NCBI GenBank assembly: GCA_031459385.1
Contig: JAVKIP010000002.1
Coordinates: 190,091-254,090 of the forward strand
From: Candidatus Fervidifonticultor secundus
GTDB taxonomy: Bacteria; Sysuimicrobiota; Sysuimicrobiia; Sysuimicrobiales; Humicultoraceae
DNA length: 64,000 nucleotides
Reading direction: 5' to 3'
Shown one piece after another: positions 59,444 to 64,000 of this stretch (its first letter is position 1; every line of letters starts with the position of its first letter). The notes beneath the pieces were generated by a model that saw only the letters and a list, made by a program, of their open reading frames with translations, made no database searches and was not told the origin of the DNA. The translations under genes were made by a program, and so were the position numbers.

Positions 59444-60276
59444 AACCCGCGCCCCGTCTTCCGGCCCCACCACCCGGCGGTCACCATCTGTTTGAGCAGC
59501 ACCGGCGGCGCCCAGCGCGGGTCTTTGGTCTCCTGGTACATCGCCTCGGCGATGTAGTACGTGGTGTCGAGGCCGACGAAGTCGAGCAGCGCCAGCGGGC
59601 CCATGGGGTGGTTGAGGCCCAGCGTCACCGCGGCGTCGATATCCTCGCGGGTGGCGATGCCCGCCTCGTACACGCGTACCGCGTCCAGCAGGAACGGTAC
59701 CAGCAGGCGGTTGACGATGAAGCCCGGCGCGTCCTTGGCGTGGACAACACGCTTCCCCATGGCGGCGGCCACGGCCTGCACCGTCGCGATCGTCTCGTCG
59801 GAGGTGACGAGCCCCCGCACGATCTCCACCAGCGGCATCACCGGTACCGGGTTGAAGAAGTGCATGCCGGCCACGCGGTCGGGCCGACCCGTGACGGCGG
59901 CCAGTTCGGTGATCGACAGTGACGATGTGTTGCTGGTCAGCACGACCTCGGGACGCGTGAGCCGGTCCAGCTCGCGCAGGACCGCCTTCTTCTCGTCCAT
60001 CTTCTCGATGACGGCCTCGACGACGAAGTCCACCCCGGCCAGGTCGTCGAGCACCGTGGTGCCCTGGATCCGGCGCCATGCGGCCTGCCGGTCCGCATCG
60101 GAGAGCTTGCCGCGGTCGACCGCCCGCTGCATTGAGGCGTCGATCCGCGCGAGCCCGCGCGCCAGCAGGTCGTCGCTGACCTCGCGCACCACGACCTCGT
60201 ACCCGGCCCGGGCCGCGGTCTCGGCGATTCCCGAACCCATCAGGCCGCACCCCACGACACCCACGCGGTGAATCAT
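59422..60276 (-). CDS. hbd: 3-hydroxybutyryl-CoA dehydrogenase
   Basis: GCGLMGSGIA, EAVIE, SNTSS, GMHFFNPVP, PGFIVNR and HPMGPL. Confidence 0.94.
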   Translation of the reverse strand: MIHRVGVVGCGLMGSGIAETAARAGYEVVVREVSDDLLARGLARIDASMQRAVDRGKLSDADRQAAWRRIQGTTVLDDLAGVDFVVEAVIEKMDEKKAVLRELDRLTRPEVVLTSNTSSLSITELAAVTGRPDRVAGMHFFNPVPVMPLVEIVRGLVTSDETIATVQAVAAAMGKRVVHAKDAPGFIVNRLLVPFLLDAVRVYEAGIATREDIDAAVTLGLNHPMGPLALLDFVGLDTTYYIAEAMYQETKDPRWAPPVLLKQMVTAGWWGRKTGRGFYEYDAR

Positions 60277-60353
60277 CGTCTTCCTCCTCCATGTGCGGCT
60301 GCCGCCCGACGCTGTGTCGCCACGCGAGAGACGCGCCCCGGCTCGCGGTGGTT

Positions 60354-61670
60354 TCAGCCGTCCGGCGGCCCCAGGACGCCCAGGACCAGCGGCCCGGGCG
60401 CCGGAGCGCTGCTCCCGAGCGCATACGCCGCGGCCACCTCGCGTACAGCCTGGGCCGCGGCCTCCTCGGTTCGGGCGTGCACGACGGCCAGCACGTCGCC
60501 GGCGGTGACCGGATCGCCGACCACGCGCTCGAGCACCACACCCACCGCGGGGTCTACCCGATCCTCTTTGCGCGCGCGGCCGGCGCCCAGCCGCATCACG
60601 GCCAGCCCCACGACCTCTGCGTCGATGGCTGCGATCCAGCCGGCCGCCGGGGCCGGCACCGGCGCGCGGATCGGCGCCTGCGGCAGCCGGCGGGGGTCGC
60701 GCGCCACGGCCTCCTCGCCCCCCTGCGCCGTGACCATCTCGACGAACTTCTCCAGCGCGGCGCCGCCGGCCAGCCGATCCTGCAGCAGGCGCTGGCCCTC
60801 TTCCGGGGTCGTCGCCCGTCCCCCGAGGACCAGCATCCAGCCGCCGAGCGCAAAACAGAGATCCATCAGATCGGCGGGACCGCGGCCGGTCAGCGCCTCC
60901 ACCGCTTCGCGTACCTCCAGCGCGTTGCCCACGGCCCGGCCCAGCGGCGCGTCCATGGCGCTGAGGACCGCGACGGTGCGGCGGCCCACCTGCGCGCCGA
61001 TCTCCACCATGGCGCTCGCCAGCGCGCGGGCGGCGGCCTCGGTCTTCATGAACGCGCCCCGGCCGCACTTGACGTCCAGCACGATGCCCCGGGCGCCGCC
61101 GGCGATCTTCTTCGACATGATGCTGGCGGCGATGAGCGGGATGCTGTCCACCGTGGCGGTGACGTCCCGCAGGGCGTAGAGTTGCTGGTCGGCCGGAACG
61201 AGCTGGTGGCTCTGGCCGGCGATGACGCACCCGACGCGCATCACCTGGGCGACCACCTCCGCGTCGGAGAGCGCGGTGCGCACGCCCGGAATCGCCTCGA
61301 GCTTGTCCAGCGTGCCACCGGTGTGCCCGAGTCCCCGCCCGGAGAGCTTGGCCACGGGCACGTCGGCGGAGGCCACCAGCGGCACGAGGACCAGCGACGT
61401 CTTGTCGCCCACCCCGCCACTGCTGTGCTTGTCCACCGCCCGCGCCGCCAGCGCGCCGAGGTCCAGGGTGGTGCCCGAGCGCACCATGGCCAGGGTGAGC
61501 GCCGCGGTCTCCTCCGCCGTCATGCCCCGGAAGTAGACGGCCATCAGGAAGGCGGCCATCTGGTAGTCGGGGATCTCGCCGCGGGTGAAGCCGTCCACCA
61601 GGTAGGCGATCTCGGTGGGCGTTAGCGCCGCGCCGTCACGCTTGCTGCGGATCAGGTCGAGGGCGCGCAT
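60354..61670 (-). CDS. pdp: Pyrimidine-nucleoside/thymidine phosphorylase
   Basis: DKHSSGGVGDK, SGRGLGHTGGTLDKLE, SIMSKK and GAGR. Confidence 0.95.
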   Translation of the reverse strand: MRALDLIRSKRDGAALTPTEIAYLVDGFTRGEIPDYQMAAFLMAVYFRGMTAEETAALTLAMVRSGTTLDLGALAARAVDKHSSGGVGDKTSLVLVPLVASADVPVAKLSGRGLGHTGGTLDKLEAIPGVRTALSDAEVVAQVMRVGCVIAGQSHQLVPADQQLYALRDVTATVDSIPLIAASIMSKKIAGGARGIVLDVKCGRGAFMKTEAAARALASAMVEIGAQVGRRTVAVLSAMDAPLGRAVGNALEVREAVEALTGRGPADLMDLCFALGGWMLVLGGRATTPEEGQRLLQDRLAGGAALEKFVEMVTAQGGEEAVARDPRRLPQAPIRAPVPAPAAGWIAAIDAEVVGLAVMRLGAGRARKEDRVDPAVGVVLERVVGDPVTAGDVLAVVHARTEEAAAQAVREVAAAYALGSSAPAPGPLVLGVLGPPDG

Positions 61671-62495
61671 CTACCCGGGCAGCCGGCGCAGGAATCCCCG
61701 GACCAGCGCCGCGCAGCGTGGCGTGGCCCGCTGCATCGCCGCCAGCACGCCCTCGTGGGTCACGACCGCAGGCGCCTCGCCCGTGGCCAGGTTGGCGACG
61801 ACGCTGAGCCCGGCGACGCGCATGCCGGCGTGCCGCGCGGCGATCGCCTCCGGCACCGTGGACATCCCCACGACGTCGGCGCCCCACCCGCGCATCATGC
61901 GCAGCTCCGCAGGCGTCTCATACATCGGCCCCGGCACCGCCAGGTAGGTGCCCTCGCGCAGGACGATCCCGGCGTCCGTGGCGGCGGCCCGCATGGCGGC
62001 CGCCAGGGCGCGGTCGTACACCTGCGACATGTCCGGGAAGCGCGGCCCGAACTCCTCCTCGTTGGGCCCGATCAGGGGATTCGTCCCCATGCCGTTGATG
62101 TGATCCGTGATGAGGAGCACGTCGCCCGGCGCGAAGGCAGGATTGAGGCCGCCGGCGGCATTCGTCACCAGCAAGACCTGCGCGCCGAGCACGCGCAGCG
62201 TCCGCACCGGAAAGACCACCTGCGCCAGCGGGACGCCTTCGTAGACGTGGGCGCGCCCCTGCAACACCGCGACCGCGCGGCCTTCCAGGGTGCCCAGGAG
62301 CAGCCTGCCGGCGTGCCCGGGGACCTGCGGCCGGGGAAAGTGCGGGATCTCGGCGTAGGGCATCACGGCATCCGCCTCCACCAGATCGGCCAGCGCGCCG
62401 AGCCCGGAGCCCAGCACGATGGCCACCTCCGGTGGTCGCCGGGCGTGCCGACCGATGACCGCCGCGGCCTCGCGGGCCCGGGCAGCCCACCTCAC
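61671..62495 (-). CDS. punA: Purine-nucleoside phosphorylase (trimeric type)
   Basis: [32 protein letters not shown] and VGMSTVPE. Confidence 0.94.
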   Translation of the reverse strand: MRWAARAREAAAVIGRHARRPPEVAIVLGSGLGALADLVEADAVMPYAEIPHFPRPQVPGHAGRLLLGTLEGRAVAVLQGRAHVYEGVPLAQVVFPVRTLRVLGAQVLLVTNAAGGLNPAFAPGDVLLITDHINGMGTNPLIGPNEEEFGPRFPDMSQVYDRALAAAMRAAATDAGIVLREGTYLAVPGPMYETPAELRMMRGWGADVVGMSTVPEAIAARHAGMRVAGLSVVANLATGEAPAVVTHEGVLAAMQRATPRCAALVRGFLRRLPG

Positions 62496-63673
62496 GCGCG
62501 CGCCTCCTCGGGCGACAGCACCGGCCAGAACGAGGTCCCGGGCCCCGACCAGGCGACCCCCAGCGCCGCGGCCACCGTGGCCGCCACGTCCGCGAACGTC
62601 TCACGCACCCCCAGGCGCCGGCCGGGCGGCAGGCCGGAGCGCCAGGCCAGCAACGGGACGCGTTCCCGCGAGTGGTCCGTGCTGGGCGTGGTGGGGTCGT
62701 TGCCGTGGTCGCCGGTGATGATCACGAGCCCGTCATCCTCGCAGGCGTGCAGCAGCTCCAGCAGCCGGCCGTCCAGGCGCTGCAGGTGGCGCGCGTAGCC
62801 CACCGCGTCGTTGCGGTGGCCGTAGACCTGGTCGAGTTCGACGAGGTTGGTGAACACCATGCCGTGGCCCAGCCCGCGCGCGGCCTCCACCGTGCGCGCG
62901 AGCCCGTCCTCGTCGTCGTGGGTGTGAACGCTGCGGGTGAGCCCCCGGCCCGCGAACAGGTCGTCGATCTTGCCGATGCCGACCACGGGCAGTCCCGCCG
63001 CGACCAGCGCGTCGAGCACCGTGGGGCCCGTGGGTGCCAGCGAGAAGTCGCGTCGGCGCGGCGTGCGCACGAACTGGCCGGGGGAGCCCGCAAAAGGGCG
63101 CGCGATCACCCGGCTCACGGCGTGCTCGCCGACCAGCACCGCGCGGATAGCCCGGCACCAGCTGTACAGTTCCTCGACCGGCACCACGGCCTCGTGCGCG
63201 GCGATCTGGAAGACGCTGTCGGCGGACGTGTAGACGATCGGGAACCCGGTGCGCAAGTGCTCCGGGCCCAGGCGCGCGATGATCGCCGTGCCCGAGACAG
63301 CCTCGTTCCCCAGCACCCGCCGTCCGATGACGGCCTCGACCGTGGCGATGACATCAGGGGGGAATCCGTGCGGGTAGGTGGGGAACGGCCGGGTGACGAT
63401 CAGCCCGGCCAGCTCCCAGTGCCCGGAGGTGGAGTCCTTGCCCGCCGCCTGCTCCAGCATGAGCCCGGCCGCAGCGTGGTGTGCGGCCACCGGTCGCACC
63501 CCCGGGATCGCGTCCACCACCCCCAGGCCGAGCCGCTCCAGCACCGGCAGGCGGAGCCCGCCCACCACGGCCGCTGTGTTGGCCAGCGTGTGGCTCCCTT
63601 CGTCGCCGTAGGCTGCAGCATCGGGCAGCGCCCCACAGCCGAGCCCGTCCAGCACCAGGACGATCACCCGCAC
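62492..63673 (-). CDS. deoB: Phosphopentomutase
   Basis: [40 protein letters not shown] and TDHSRE. Confidence 0.95.
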   Translation of the reverse strand: MRVIVLVLDGLGCGALPDAAAYGDEGSHTLANTAAVVGGLRLPVLERLGLGVVDAIPGVRPVAAHHAAAGLMLEQAAGKDSTSGHWELAGLIVTRPFPTYPHGFPPDVIATVEAVIGRRVLGNEAVSGTAIIARLGPEHLRTGFPIVYTSADSVFQIAAHEAVVPVEELYSWCRAIRAVLVGEHAVSRVIARPFAGSPGQFVRTPRRRDFSLAPTGPTVLDALVAAGLPVVGIGKIDDLFAGRGLTRSVHTHDDEDGLARTVEAARGLGHGMVFTNLVELDQVYGHRNDAVGYARHLQRLDGRLLELLHACEDDGLVIITGDHGNDPTTPSTDHSRERVPLLAWRSGLPPGRRLGVRETFADVAATVAAALGVAWSGPGTSFWPVLSPEEARA

Positions 63674-63675
63674 GG

Positions 63676-64000
63676 CTATCCAGGCCGGCGGCCGACGCGC
63701 ATCTGGTCCCGCGGGTGCGCCCGCCGGTACACCTCGCGCAGGTGCCCGCGCGTCAGGTGGGTGTACATCTGCGTGGTAGCCACCGTCGCGTGGCCCAGCA
63801 ACTCCTGCACGGCCCGCAGGTCGGCCCCGCCTTCGAGCAGGTGGGTGGCGAACGAGTGGCGCAGCGTGTGGGGACCCAGGCGTCGGCGCAGGCCGGCGGA
63901 TGCGGCGTAGGTGCGCAGCAGCATCCACACCCGCTGCCGTGACAGCCGGCCGCTGCGGGTGTTGAGGAACAGTGCGGCGGGGGCGCGGCCGCGCGCCAGC
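63676..64000 (-). CDS. xerD: Tyrosine recombinase XerD, C-terminal part (starts beyond the window)
   Basis: [35 protein letters not shown]; xerD-deoB-punA-pdp synteny. Confidence 0.9.
   Translation of the reverse strand, partial: LARGRAPAALFLNTRSGRLSRQRVWMLLRTYAASAGLRRRLGPHTLRHSFATHLLEGGADLRAVQELLGHATVATTQMYTHLTRGHLREVYRRAHPRDQMRVGRRPG

Noticed and set aside
63676..64000. Tyrosine recombinase as a possible phage or ICE integrase
   Set aside because: Sequence and xerD-deoB-punA-pdp synteny indicate housekeeping XerD. No att site, tRNA or cargo genes are present.

Overview
This window is GC-rich core chromosome (roughly 70% GC or more by eye) with Firmicutes-like gene order, so it probably comes from a Terrabacteria lineage; the sequence alone cannot fix the taxonomy. 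Almost all genes are on the minus strand. In order along the window: asnS (partial), a HAD hydrolase, an orphan ParA with a small partner gene, an FBP aldolase/phosphatase, cca-ytxH-mnmA-rarA, 6S RNA, T-box-controlled hisS-aspS, dtd, two PLP enzymes, relA, a 1170-aa RecJ-HIRAN-degenerate helicase fusion, secDF, DUF72, ung, paaABCD, rnc, the fab cluster, rpmF, coaD-rsmD-recG, rpmB, hslO, a TPP-riboswitch thiamine salvage operon, a DegT/Gfo pair, trmI, an acyl-CoA catabolic cluster (acyl-CoA dehydrogenase, ETF, membrane Fe-S oxidoreductase and a B12 mutase with isobutyryl-CoA mutase signatures), hbd, and pdp-punA-deoB-xerD (partial). I saw no CRISPR array, tRNA, rRNA or mobile element. The best candidates for undescribed biology are (1) an orphan ParA whose partner carries a ParB-like N-terminal peptide joined to a Cys-rich CW-type domain, (2) the RecJ-HIRAN-pseudo-helicase fusion, (3) a recurring sigma-H-like promoter motif and (4) an unannotated 50-aa membrane protein. 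Starts were adjusted by eye where ORF-track starts looked overextended, and all family assignments rest on motif recognition, not database searches.
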